64,000 nucleotides of DNA. It comes from Flaccisagitta enflata (Eukaryota). Positions 50,001-62,765 of this stretch are shown here, piece after piece. The translations under genes were made by a program, and so were the position numbers. Under the pieces are notes generated by a model. That model was not told where the DNA came from and searched no databases. It was given only the letters and a program-made list of their open reading frames with translations. The stretch lies in assembly GCA_965153355.1 (NCBI GenBank), contig OZ231126.1, positions 1,674,001 to 1,738,000 of the forward strand, read 5' to 3'. Position 1 is the stretch's first letter. Each line of letters begins with the position of its first letter.

Positions 50001-51126
50001 TCTTGTGAGACATTATATGATAGAGATTCACGGACACCTACACCACGGCGCAAAAAAACAGGAAGAATATTTCCTAACCAATTATATTACTTTACTTTAT
50101 TCAAGAATAACAATTTACCTAATCATTTTAAACAATGAATAATTGTATTGTCTGAAAAAAAATCATAGAAATTGCAAAAATATATCTCTTACGTAACTAA
50201 TGTAGGAGTAGGTTTGAGATTGAAAGAATGCAAAACCTGAGAATGAAAGAATGCAAAACCTTTTGAAATGTATGAATTTTTGTAAAATTTTGTTATAAAA
50301 GCTTGTTTACTCAATTTTTAGTCGTGTGCTACGCAACTCTATAAGTCACTTTTCAGTTTGTTGGTCCGTTGGTTGGTCGGTCGGTCACAAAACTGTTTTA
50401 ATGGCTTTTTAAAGCGTATTTTATGTCTAAACGGTAGGAAAGAAACTTTGTTGAGTGAACAGCTATTTCAAATGTCTTTTTTAAAAAAAAAAAATTTGTC
50501 TGTCTATCTGTCTGTTTGCCTGCTTTTTTTTTGAAAGTGCCGACGCACGCAACTTAGGTTTGCCCAAAAAGTGATGTTCTTATAAAAAAAGTGTTGTCTG
50601 CTTTCAGGCTTGTAATCTGCCCTTTAGACTTCAAATCCACCTTCAATAACCTCATTTAGTCTTTTTTGGCCTGGTGCAAACATTTTTTCTTATAAGAACT
50701 TAGTTTATACAAACATCAAGGCTACATTGCTACAAAATAAGAACATTGTAATTATTTTATTAGTTACTTTCTATCTCTTTTAAAGGCTTTGGCCAAAAAA
50801 TGACGTTCTTATAAAAAAAAAATGTGTATTCCCTCACGGGACGTCTGGAAATTCACCCCTGTGTCCCACAGGACATTGGCCCTGTATCCCTGTATCTGTT
50901 GGCAGCTCTAGCTCTAACCTGTCATAAGCAAGGCCTTGTCTCTTGAGTCTTGACTTGGACGTCGGTGGTTGGGGCTCCATCAATTTTAGACTTCCGTGGT
51001 CCATATCCAAGGAGGGGCAAGAAGTATCCTTCGTGATGCCACGCCAGGGCAATGTTTATCGACATGTAGTACCAAACCGTATTTCTGATGTTGGAGAAAG
51101 TTAAGCGTTGATTCGTTTTAGAGAAG

Positions 51127-51196
<70 letters not shown>

Positions 51197-51444
51197 CTAG
51201 AGACTGCTGAAGACATAAGGGGAAGGAAAGAGAGAAACAACACTTTTTTAGTCGCGTGGCCTGGACGCGACCCTTCACCTTGCTTTGTACGTCCGTCCGT
51301 CGATTGGTCGGTCACACTTTACTTTTTGTAAAGACCTCAATATAGCCCCTGCCCACCCGCACGCGACTTCGTCAGCCGTGTATCCGGCCTTGTTAGTTGC
51401 TTGCTGAGGTACTCTAAAAGAGGGTATGTCCGTTGGTCCAAAAT

Positions 51445-51485
<41 letters not shown>

Positions 51486-51865
51486 TTGCTTTTAAGCATG
51501 ACACGGAAACGATGCACTCCAGGACCGTGTGTTCGTGGTCACAAAAAATAATCATAGAAAAAAAATAAAAGAATAAGAAAAAAAAACGCGACATGGGAAA
51601 AGAACTTCGTAGATGCAGTTTCTTCTGGAGTAATCTAGGGCCATGTTTCGAAAGATCTCTGGTAAAGACAGCCTGTCATGAACTATCGTGTTGGCCTTTT
51701 GTTCTTCCTGTACAATAAGTGATTTGATCCGCATGAGGTCAAGGTGCAATTAGAATTCGGAATCACAATGCAAACAAAAGATTAAAAAAGATAATAAACG
51801 CGCTAGTTACGTAACTTTATATAGGCAGCGCTGTTTATTAACAGCAGCGTTGCGGTGCCATTTAA

Positions 51866-52383
51866 AACAAGGTCAACAAACCTTAGTCGCGTGGTAATAA
51901 GGGTAATAAAGGTAATTGAGGTAATTAAGGTAATTAAGGTAATTAAGGTAATTAAGGTAATAAAGATAATGAAGATAACTTAGTACTTATATCTTCCTAT
52001 AATTACCCACATTTACCTACAACTACCTGTAAATACCTATAATTACCTACAATTACATCAAATTACCATAAATTATCTATAATCACCTATACTCACCCAT
52101 TATTTCCTATATTTCCTACAATTACCTCAATTTATAGTCTGAGACAACTTTTCTGGCTTATATGATACAGATTACTAAAATACCTATATTTACCTATAAT
52201 TACCTAAAATTACCTATAATTACCAAAAATTACCTACAATTACCAAAAATAACCTATAATTACCTTTAATAACCTTTAAAATGACTATAAAGCCTATATT
52301 TCAAAAAAGTTACGGACCGACCGACAGACCGACCGACAGACCGACCGACATAGCGGCTTCTAGAGTCGCGTTCACGCGACTAA
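51866..52383 (-). mobile_element. HINE-like element with internal TAATTACC-type repeats
   Basis: Same AACAAGG/AGTCGCGT and AGTCGCGTTCACGCGACT ends; internal GGTAATTAA and AATTACCTA repeats in opposite orientations. Confidence 0.75.
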
Positions 52384-53637
52384 CAACGCCGCGCATTTCA
52401 TTCTAAGCAAAATTTCCTAAAATATCATTCGCTTCGTTCGTTGTTATGCCGCCTCACTGTCATTTATTCATTCTCTTATTTCCTTTTTCTATTTTCTTCG
52501 TGCAACATCTAAGTTATTTTAATATTGATTTATTTGTTGTTTTCCTCCCTATCTCTTACAGAAAACATTTCACTTGCGCCATATTGGAGACGCAAAACAT
52601 GATTTTCCAACTACTTCATGGTCAGCGGTACCCTTGTTTTCATGTTTCTCTGTTAGAAATTGAAATGACTACTGACGATATTGATTATTGATGCAGCTTC
52701 GAACTCGCTCGTAGTAAATTTTAGTATTTAAGATGAATTTCAAGCAACAACTAAGCTGTTTATCGTGGTTCGCAAATTCTGACACTTTTTTTTGCACCTA
52801 AATCTTCTTGATTTTCCGCTCGCTTCTTGCCTACATTAAGATAAACTACAAAGCAAAACAAATATTAACAAGGCCGGATACACGGCAATCCAGTCCTGGA
52901 CAGTTGGGCAGGAGCAGTAATGCGAAAACCGCTCGGAATTAAAAAATGTGACGGACGGACGGACGGACCGACGGACCGACCGACCAACCGACACGGCAAG
53001 GTGTAGAGTCGCCTGTCCGCGACTAAAAAGATTTCAATATGGTGATAGATATGGCTGTAAGACGCAGTGTACGGAAAGAAGCAATTTCATGGGTCATTAT
53101 AATTTGTTAGATATTTTTTATATTAATTTTCTGTATATTTTTTTCAAAAAATATATTTTTTAAGTGTTGAACTATAAATTATTGCAAAGATAATCGCTAA
53201 AATACAGATTTGATGTACATAATGTATTGAAAAAAGGTAGAAAAAATCAGATTTTTTAAAAAAAATTATACTTACTCATCTCACTTTTGTTAGGTGTTTG
53301 CATTTCGAAAAACATGGCCTATTAGCTCTTTTCGAAAACATTTAAGAAAAGAGCCATGTTCTTAGAAATGCAAAATTTTCTTTACTGAGGCCACGATATA
53401 ATTTCACCCAACAAAGTTTTTAAATTTTGTTCATCATTTTTCTAAGGAATTCAAACATTAGATTTTAATTTCTGATTGTTCTACTGTGTCTGAAATTTGC
53501 ATATTTGCTAAGTAGGTAGTTTTTCGTTGGCATATCAGGGGTTAATGTTTAAAAATGATCATATGACTCCAAAAACACCCTTTTCCCCAGTTTTTTTCCT
53601 ATCAGGCTGTCAAAAAAGATTTTTTTTACAGGCTATT

Positions 53638-54171
53638 CAGTCAGCGGACAAAACACAATAGGTATATATATCACTCCGTTGGTTTTGATCCAACCCACTG
53701 ATATTGAACAGAATGCTGTAAACAACAACTGGTTGTTGAAATTACAGCCGGCTGTTACATTACAAAGTTGGTAAAAATCCAACTTTCATCAAATAGAATA
53801 AAACCTGCAGATTCATAATCCTGATGAAATTTTGAGAAGTTTGATATGTCACAACATATACTTTTATATGAAAATAAAAATGTTAAGTATTAATGTTTAA
53901 TGTTTAATTCAATTATAACGTGATGTTAGAAAAAATATTTCTTACTAAAAATGTTAAGTGTGACGTATCAAACTTCTCAGAATTTCATCAGGATTATGAA
54001 TCTGCAGGTCTCATTCTATTTGATGAAAGTTGGATTTTTGCCGACTTTGTAACTTAACAGCCGGCTGTAATTTTAACAACCAGATGTTTACAGTATTCTG
54101 TTCAACATCAGTGGGTTGGATCAAAACCAGCGGAGTGATATATATACCTATTGTGTTTTGTCCGCTGACTG
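53638..54171. mobile_element. Near-palindromic MITE, copy 2 (spacer in opposite orientation)
   Basis: Highly similar to 34331-34857; TA on the right flank. Confidence 0.88.
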
Positions 54172-55104
54172 TATTAGGGAGGAATTCTTTTGATTTTGCA
54201 AAAATTTGATTATTAGGACCCGTTAAGTTAGTCCCCTTAAGCGCAGGAGTGGTAATGACCGTCGCCAAATCTACCATTCAACTCCTACACCCTAGCCACA
54301 CGTAATCAGAGACTAAAAGGTCAGTTAAAAAATTTTTTTCATTTAAGCTGTTGCAGTCCTCAAGAAGTTCATTTTTTATTTTTTGAGTTAGTCACTGAAT
54401 CGCAAATTCTGATCTGGAAATGAGGCCAGTCAGGGCCTATTTCACTAAAGCACAACTGCGTGCTTCAGTGGAATTGGAATTCGTGCCTCAGTGGATTGAC
54501 TCTAGACCTGTTTTAAAATGGCAATGAATAAGAAGTCAATCCATATTTTTTTTATTGGTTGCTAAAATTCATTTCAGTGGATTAAAAAACTTTTTTGATT
54601 TCTTTTAATCTTCTATTTCTTTTGTTTCTTTTATTCTTTTATTCTATTTTCATAAATTGTCATCTTTAAAAATATATCTTGATATCTCATACTAAAATTC
54701 TTATTATCACATGAATTTATGTCCTTATAAAGAAAAATGAGTTTTTACACATTCATTTTTTTCATGTGATAAAAACTTTATAGATGTGAGAAAATGTTTT
54801 ATTTTGGAAATCAATATTTTCTCTATCTAGTAAGTCTGCTTAGGTCCCAGTGCACGCAAGTAACAAATTTGGGAAGTCATTTTGCGTATATTCTTAATCT
54901 GTCTCTGAATGCTTAATTTTGCATTTCCAAGAACATTGCCTCTTTCTTATATGTGTTTAGAACAAGGCCATGTTTTTAGAAATGTAAATTTTTGCACTAA
55001 AAGACAGATTAATAGTTTCACCTGAGATAGATTTAGAATCAATTCATGCTGGTTTTGTACAAATAAATGATTTTCAATGCAAATACAATAATAATACATA
55101 CTGA

Positions 55105-55915
55105 AAAAAGCTTTAAAATTACAGTCCCCGACGGAGGACTGTAATTTTTGAAGCTTTCTCGTTGCGTAAACGCAACTCGAGAAGATAGACGATAAAACTA
55201 CAATTTCTAATAAAAAAAAAAAAAATTCAATATTGTTATAGCGGAAGTCCATGATAGCATACCTTATGATCCATGATGGCAAACCTAAAGAAAAACAGAA
55301 TGTAATGAATGAACAAGTAAAAATTTTCATCAACTCAAATCCATTTCATAAAAATTACTACATTAATAAGCTAATATCTGATAAACCATACTTCAGATTT
55401 TATTCGAATTTTGCAGGGGCTGTTCAATTAAAATCCTTTACTTGAATACTGAATAAAAAAAAATTCACTTAACTTTACTACCCTTTGCCTATGTAAATTG
55501 CCTAAGTCCCAGTAACATATTACTACATAAATTAGCTAATAACTCATGAACCAGACTTCCGATTTAATTTGAATTTTGCAGGGGCTGATTAGTTAGTGAC
55601 CCTTACTTGTAAACCAAATTTAAAAAAAAACTCACATAAGTTTACTACCCTCTACTTATGTAAATCGCCTAAGTCCAGTAAAATATTACCATAAAAATAA
55701 TAGGCAAAGGGTAGTAAAAGTTAGTGAATTTTTCTGAAAATTGGTACACAAGCTCCTATTGACCTATAAACAACACCAGCAAAGTTTCATAAAATTTTAA
55801 AGTCTGGTTCCAAAAATATGAGAGGGTTTTAAACAGACAAACAGACAAACAGACGACAGACTATACATCACTGCTACCTCATAGTCACCGACAAAAACTG
55901 TTCGTCGGGGACAAA
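55105..55915 (-). mobile_element. Second HINE-like family with internal ~170-bp repeats
   Basis: GTCCCCGAC subTIR within a hairpin at ~55115-55150, (ACAG) tract and GTCACCGAC...GTCGGGGAC hairpin at ~55883-55911. Confidence 0.5.
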
Positions 55916-56882
55916 AATAATTTTCAATAAAAGTATTATAACTTCACAATTTTACTTTTTAGTCACAGGCTACGCGACTCTACACCCTGCTTTGTTGGTC
56001 TGTCACACTTTACTTTTTTGGGTTTTTGCGGTCTTTGGCCTCCCTGCTCCTGTCCTTATCATCAATTGATCTCAAATACAACCTCTGCCCACCCGCATGC
56101 GATTGGGGTAGTTTTGTATCCGGCCTTGTTTTCTAGAATACAACTTGACCATGGAAACTGCCCCTTCGTGTGCATCATGACATAGAAGAAGAGACATAAT
56201 AGGAGGATTTCTTTAGATAAAAGTAAACAAAGATCACTCAGACTATCTTTGCTACTGTGAGAGATTTCCAATTCCACTAAAACTCGAATCGCTAAAAGCA
56301 TTAGTTATTCATCATTCCACTCAAGCACAACGTCGTGCTTGAGTGGAAATGATTTTAACTTATGCACAATTTTCGTGATTGAATGGATGCCTGATTTTTT
56401 CACCCAATCTGAGGCTTATGTTATTATAAACAGTGTTCTCAGACAAAATACGTCGTGCACTTCTGAGTAAGTTAAGGTAGACAGATGCGGAATGCCTGCA
56501 AATTCAAAGGGCTTATTTTTAATCGCGTGCTACGCGACTCTTCACCCCGCTTTGTCCGTTGGTCGGTTGATTCGTTGGTTACACTTTACTTTTTTTATGT
56601 TTTTTATTCTTTCACCATACTGCTCCTGCCTAAATGCTCTGGTGACCTCAAATATGACCCCTGCCCACCCGCACGGGACTCGGGTAACCGTGTATCCGGC
56701 CTTTTTTTTATGATTCGTTGAGTCTCTTTACAGTGGTAAGTGTAAAGGTAGAGAAAGAGAGAATTAAGAAAATGGCTCTTATGGTTTGGAATGCCCTCAC
56801 TTAAAAGAGTACCTCAAGAAGCTCTAGAAATCGCTGTCTTGACAAATGGCGGCCGTGTTTCAGCCAGGGAATGTTCACACTT

Positions 56883-57127
56883 TGAAGCGAATGAGACATC
56901 ATATGTATGGTGACTATAACTTGATGGAAGAAGAACATCACATATGAAGATACACATACATTTATTGGAAGAAGAGCCAAAATTTTCGATTTGTTAAGCC
57001 AAATCTTTGTTCTCTCACTCTGCTCATTTGTCATTGAACAAAGATTTGGCTGAACAAATCGAAAATTTTGGCTCTTCTTCCACGAAATGTATGTGTATCT
57101 TCATATGTGATGTTCTTCTTCCATCAA
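56883..57127. mobile_element. Short inverted-repeat insertion with 12-bp TSD, Penelope-like retroelement remnant
   Basis: ATGTTCACACTT at 56871-56882 and 57128-57139; 92-bp arms 56921-57012 / 57036-57127; unpaired 38-bp tail. Confidence 0.55.
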
Positions 57128-57146
57128 ATGTTCACACTTAATATTA

Positions 57147-57736
57147 CTATCTTCGAAATAAAAATGTTGCAACCTCAGATTTTATGTTTTTGATTGATTA
57201 AACAACATAAACCAGACAACTGCAAATCAATCAACTATTGATTTGAGGTCCCCCTAGCCCAATTATAGCCGCCATTTGCCAGGGAAGTAATTTACAGAGC
57301 CTCAGGAAGCTTTGAGGAGTGAGAGCATTAAAAACTTTTTGCGCAATAAGCAATATTTACTTTTCCTATCCTTGAGTGACCATAACTTTTTATTGGCTGC
57401 ACCAAATTTGTTTGTCAAGAAGAGAGAAGATGCCCCTTTAAAAACTCTGCATTTTGGCCACCAATTTTTCCTAGATTCATAAAAAAACAAATGAGTTATG
57501 ATTTTTTAAATGGAAAAGATTACAAGAAATGGAGTCAAGTAAAGAATCCTTCAAAAGCAAGCCTTTTGTTTAAAGTTAAATAGCTTCTTAACCAATCAAG
57601 ATAGGGAAACGCGGATTGCACAGCTGGCTTGGAAATTTGAAGAGCTTTAATTTGGTCACCGATTTTTTGTAGTTAAGTTAAATCGTTTATGACTAATTGA
57701 TCAAAATGTGCTGCAACATTTTTATTTCGAAGATAG
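57147..57736. mobile_element. TA-flanked MITE with perfect ~25-bp TIRs
   Basis: TA-CTATCTTCGAAATAAAAATGTTGCA ... TGCAACATTTTTATTTCGAAGATAG-TA. Confidence 0.8.
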
Positions 57737-57947
57737 TAAATGATCTACGATCAACTTGTATTACTTGCCTAGTCCAAAAACAAACTTATTTCCGAAGTGG
57801 AAAGATTTTTTTGTAAACAAAGTATTTTGTCATTTTATTGTCTCATGTTATATAAACAAACAAAATTCTGAAAAAAACAAAAAGAAAAAAATCTTATTCG
57901 ATTTTTTAATTGAGCACATTTTTATTGTTAAGAGTATGTTCTATAGT

Positions 57948-60558
57948 AACAAGGCCAACACCTATAAGTCGCGTGCAGGACTAAAATAACTGAACTGACT
58001 TGACTCCTTATTGTATCTTTTTATCGAAAATCAGACTTAAACACAACCCAAAAAGACCCAAACCAGACTCAAACCAGACTCAAACCAGACTCAAACCAGA
58101 CTCAAACCAGAATTAAACCAGACCAAAACCAGACCTAGATCAGACACAAACCAGACATAAACCAGATTTAAGCCAGACTCAAACCAGACTCAAACCAGAT
58201 GCAAACCAGACTCAAACCAGACTCAAACCAGACTCTAACCAGACTCAAACCAGACTCAAACCAGACTCAAACCAGACTCAAACCAGACTCAAACCAGACT
58301 CAAACCAGACTCAAACCAGACTTAAACCAGACCGAAACCAGGCTCAAACCAGGCTCAAACCAGGCTCAAACCAGGCTCAAACCAGACTCAAACCAGACTC
58401 AAACCAGACTCAAACCAGACTCAAACCAGAATTAAACCAGACTGAAACCAGACCTAAATCAGACATAAACCAGACATAAACCAGACATAAACCAGATTTA
58501 AGCCAGACTCAAACCAGACTCAAACCAGACTCAAACCAGACTCAAACCAGACTCAAACCAGACTCAAACCAGACTTAAACCAGACCGACACCAGGCTCAA
58601 ACCTGGCTCAAACCAGAATCAAACCAGACTCAAACCAGACACAAACCAGACTCAAACCAGACTCAAACCAGAATCAAACCAGACCAGAACCAGACCAAAA
58701 CCAGACCTAAATCAGACCTAAATCAAACATAAACCAGACAAAAACCAAACATAGACCAGACCTAAACCAGACCTAACCCAGACCTAAACCAGACATAAAT
58801 CAGACATGAATCAGTATTAAACCAGACTTAAACCAGACTTAAACCAGACGTAAACCAGACTTAAACCAGACTTAAACCAGACTTAAACCAGACTTGAACC
58901 AGACTTAAACCAGACTTTAACCAGACTTAAACCAGGCTTAAACCATACTTATCTTTAATATCATTTTAACCAGCAGACTTAAACCAGCAGACTAAAACCA
59001 TTAGACCAGCAGACTTAAACCATTAGATTTAAACCAGCAGACTTAAACCAGCAGACATAAACCAGCAGATTCAAACCAGCAGACTTTAACCAGCAAACTT
59101 AACCCATTAGATTTAAACCAGCAGACTTAAACCAGCAGATTTAAACCAGCAGATTTAAACCATGAGACTTTAACCATCAGACTTTACCCAGCAGACTAAC
59201 CAGCAGACTTTAACCAGCAGACTTTAACCAGCAGACTTCAACCGGCAGACTTCAACCAGCAAACTTCAACCAAAAATGACCAAAAATGACCAAAATGACC
59301 AAAATGACCAAAAATGACCAAAAATGACCAAAAATGACCAAAATGACCAAAAGTGACCAAAAATGACCAAAAATGACCAAAATGACCAAAAATGACCAAA
59401 AATGATCAAAATTCATCAAAAATGACCATTAATGACCAACAAGGTCATTAGACCTGAGTCGCGTGCGTCGGCACTTTAAAAAAAGTCAGGCAGACAGACA
59501 GACAAACAATTCTTTTTTCAAAAAGACATTTTAAACAGCTTTTTACCACTCCAAACTTCTTCTCCTCATCCTAAAGACGTTTAAAATGCGATAAAAAACC
59601 TTTAAAACGACTTTGTGACGGACCGACCGACGGACGGACGGACGGACGGACGGACCGACGGACGGACCGAAAAGTGACTTATAGAGTCGCGTAGCACGCG
59701 ACTAAAAATGACCAAAATGACCAAAAGTGACCAAAAATGACCAAAAATGACCAAAAATGACCAAAAATGACCAAAATGACCAAAAATGACCAAAAATGAC
59801 CAAAAATGACCAAAATGACCAAAAATGATCAAAATTCATCAAAAATGACCATTAATGACAAAAAAATGATCAAAATTCATCAAAAATGACCATTAATGAC
59901 AAAAAATGACCAAAAATGACTAAAAATGACCAAAAGTGATCAAAAATGACAAAAAATGACCAAAATGACCAAAAATGACTAAAAATGACCAAAAATGACC
60001 AAAAATGATTAAAATGTCTAAAAATGACCAAAATGACCAAAATCACCAAAATGACCAAAAATGATCGAAATGACCAAAAATGACCAAAAATGATCAATAT
60101 GACCAAAAGTGACAGAAAATGATCAAAAATGATCAAAAATGATCAAAAATGATCAAAAATGATCAAAAATGACCAAAAATGACCAAAATTACCCAAAATT
60201 ACCTAAAATTACCCAAAATTACCAAAATGACCAAAAATAACCAAAAATGACCAAAAATGACCAAAAAGGATCAAAAAGGACCAAAAATGACCAAAAATGA
60301 TCAAAAATGATCAAGAATGACCAAATTTGACCAAAATGACCAAAATGACCAAAATGACCAAAATGACCAAAAATGACCAAAAATGACCAAAAATGACTAA
60401 AAGCAACCAATTATTCCCAAAAACAACAAAAAAATGACTCAAAATAACTCCAGACGACCCAAAAAGACTCAAAAAAGCAAAGTGTTACCGACGGACCGAC
60501 GGACCGACCGACCGACCGACCGACGGAGCGGGTTGTAGAGTCGCGTGCACGCGACTAA
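57948..60558 (-). mobile_element. HINE-like element expanded by three satellite arrays, with a nested HINE at 59438-59705
   Basis: AACAAGG...AGTCGCGTG at 57948 and AGTCGCGTGCACGCGACT at ~60540 bracket arrays of (AAACCAGACTC)n, (AAACCAGCAGACTT)n and (AAAAATGACC)n. Confidence 0.8.
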
Positions 60559-60717
60559 AAAATGTTTTACTTAATATAAAGCTACCCGTCAGTTCTCTTG
60601 ATTCCTTTGTTGTCTCTCTTTCGTTTCTCTTACTTGTTAATCCTCTTTCTCTCTCTTTTTCCTTTTCTCTCTTTCTCTTTCTCTCTTTCTCTCTTTCTCT
60701 CTTTCTCTCTTTCTCTC

Positions 60718-60782
<65 letters not shown>

Positions 60783-61183
60783 AACGCTCCCGCTTACCAC
60801 TGGCAAAGAAAAATTCATCTACCGAGTATAACGAAGTACCCACTCATCAAATAGAGCCAAGCTAAATCTCCGGGAGTTGCAGAGGATGTAAGGGACATCC
60901 CCAATTACTTTATATAACTTTATAAAGCGGCGTCCCCTGAAACGCGAGGAGAGGCGTAGAGAACACCCAAAAGCGGTGTGTTGCGCGGAAATGACAAGTA
61001 TCGTTTTCATGTATCGGATTCAAATCGCGCGAATTCTAAGTATCGATTTATGTATCAAATAAAAAAAAGTCTTCTGCTCCACTTTTGATACATTTTTGAT
61101 ACTTGGAATACGCGCAGGTACAAAAAAGGTACAAACTCTCCGATACTTAGGTAATATATTTTCTTAAAGGAGACTAGGTCGTG

Positions 61184-61212
61184 TGGCGGTTCTGTTAGAC
61201 TGGGGTTGTACT
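61184..61212 (+). mobile_element. 3' end of the same split pogo/Tigger-type MITE
   Basis: tggcggttctgttagactggggttgtactg-TA matches the 3' end of the copy at 23076-23249 (agcgggtccattggagcagggttcaattg-TA). Confidence 0.65.
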
Positions 61213-61557
61213 GTAGTTTCTTCAGAAAATTATGATTAGCCTAAAGCAAAAAGCTGTCCATAACCAAATGATTCGTCGGCTCTTCAATCAGTTAAGATAT
61301 TTTCTGTAAGATCTTCATAGATTACCATTATCATATTTTGAATCAAAAGTGATTATTTAAGTTTTAGTGCCTTGCTATGTGGATATTATCAATCACTAGA
61401 CACGTTAAAAATAACTTTCAACAACGAGAATTATCTTTGCCTTAGAATATACTGCGAGAGTGTCACTCCTCACTGTTGCGAGGCAGCATCACCATTCACC
61501 AGCCTATCACAAAAAGGCTAACTAGTCTGCGAAAAAAAGAAAATATTGTATAAAAAC

Positions 61558-61970
61558 CTAGCAATGTCGTCCTGTGTTCTAATGTTGTTGTCGTTGTCGT
61601 TGCGAATGACAAAAATGGCGCCGTATATATTGACAATGACAGGTCCAAGCAAAATTAGCGAGCAGATAAGAAGAAGAACTCGAATGGACTTTGGTAGCCA
61701 AGTCAGACGAGCGTCGCCGCGACGAAGGAAATACGCGACCAGGAGGAATTGGGTCAAACCGCCGAGTAAGATCCAAACCGTTGTTACAATGGCAAAGCCA
61801 GAGTTCTCGTCAGAACTGAGGCCGTTTGATGTTTCATACGGCCAGCCCCGGACAATTCTGCTGCTATTCCAGTACTCATGAGCAAGTGAGATGTCGGTGC
61901 CGATGTCGACCAACGTGAAAGCGGCACCGGCACCGAATGTCAAAATGGCCATCAACGTTCCAAACGCCAT
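61558..61970 (-). CDS. XK-related (XKR family) membrane protein, coding exon 1
   Basis: True ATG at 61968-61970 (context CCCACGATGG) with an in-frame stop upstream. Translation has an XK-family-like N-terminal motif (VDIGTDISLAHEY) and about 3 hydrophobic segments. Phase-2 donor AG|GT at 61558/61557; the donor (GTTTTT) is weak. Confidence 0.8.
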
Positions 61971-61995
61971 CGTGGGAAGCGATTTGATAGGTTAT

Positions 61996-62180
61996 TTTGT
62001 TTGTTTTTGTTTTTGTTTTTGTTTTTGTTTTTGTGTTTGTTTTTGTGTTTTTGTTTTTGTTTTTGTTTTTGTTTTTGTTTTTGTTTTTGTTTTTGTTTTT
62101 GTTTTTGTTTTTGTTTTTCTTTTTGTTTTTGTTTTTGTTTGTGTTTGTGTTTTTGCTTTTGTTTTTGTTTTTTTTGTTTC
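61996..62180. repeat. (TTTTTG)n microsatellite immediately upstream of the XKR start codon
   Basis: Hexamer array ending 25 bp from the ATG. Confidence 0.9.
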
Positions 62181-62539
62181 TTTTTTATTTGTCCCTTCCT
62201 GTATCTTTTCTTTTACTGTTCTTCGTCGTAACCTCACCCGATTTGTAGAGATATGTTTCAAGGCGTGACTTATGTCCGGCAATGTGTAGTTCTACGAGGC
62301 TCAATATATTTACCGAATTGAAGGCCTCGTGATTGCGTCTGGCTTGTAAGGATGTGTTCCCACTAATGAAAATAATCGTAAAAGCATTTTCCACTGATGA
62401 AAACAATCTTAAAGGCGTGTTTCCACTGATGAAGGCCTCGTGATTGCGTCTGGCTTGAAAGGGCAAGTTCCCACTGATGACAGTCATAACGCCATAAGGG
62501 CATGTTCCCACTGATGACAGCAATCACGATCATTCCCAT

Positions 62540-62765
62540 TAATCGTGTTACAGCATTTACACAAGTGCATATGAAATCAACCAACCCCAAGTAAGAATAA
62601 GTAGAGTGAGTGAGCCCATCAATGGAGTGAGTAAGCGAAGCCGTGTGGAGTGAAAGAACAGAACGAGTAAGCCCATTAACAGAATGAGCAAGCAAAGCGG
62701 TGCGGAGTGAGAGAACATGGTGAGCAATGCCAGCGAAACAAACTTAGCGAGCGACCGAGCAAGCC
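62540..62765 (-). repeat. Interspersed repeat with GAGTGAGCGAGC motifs (related copies at about 10500-10735 and 21255-21435)
   Basis: Shared gtgagtgagcgagcc / gctcgctcactcgcttcgctcac core in three places; class unknown. Confidence 0.55.

Noticed and set aside
51890-52280. Possible telomeric repeat
   Set aside because: Units are GGTAATTAA/AATTACCTA variants, not TTAGG or TTAGGG, and are enclosed by HINE ends.
58199-60410. Repetitive ORFs (QTRLKPDSN, FGHFWSFLVI)
   Set aside because: Satellite arrays read in frame inside a HINE shell.
61992-62282. Upstream ORF extending the XKR N-terminus
   Set aside because: It starts at TTG, is mostly the hexamer microsatellite, and ends in a stop before the XKR ATG.
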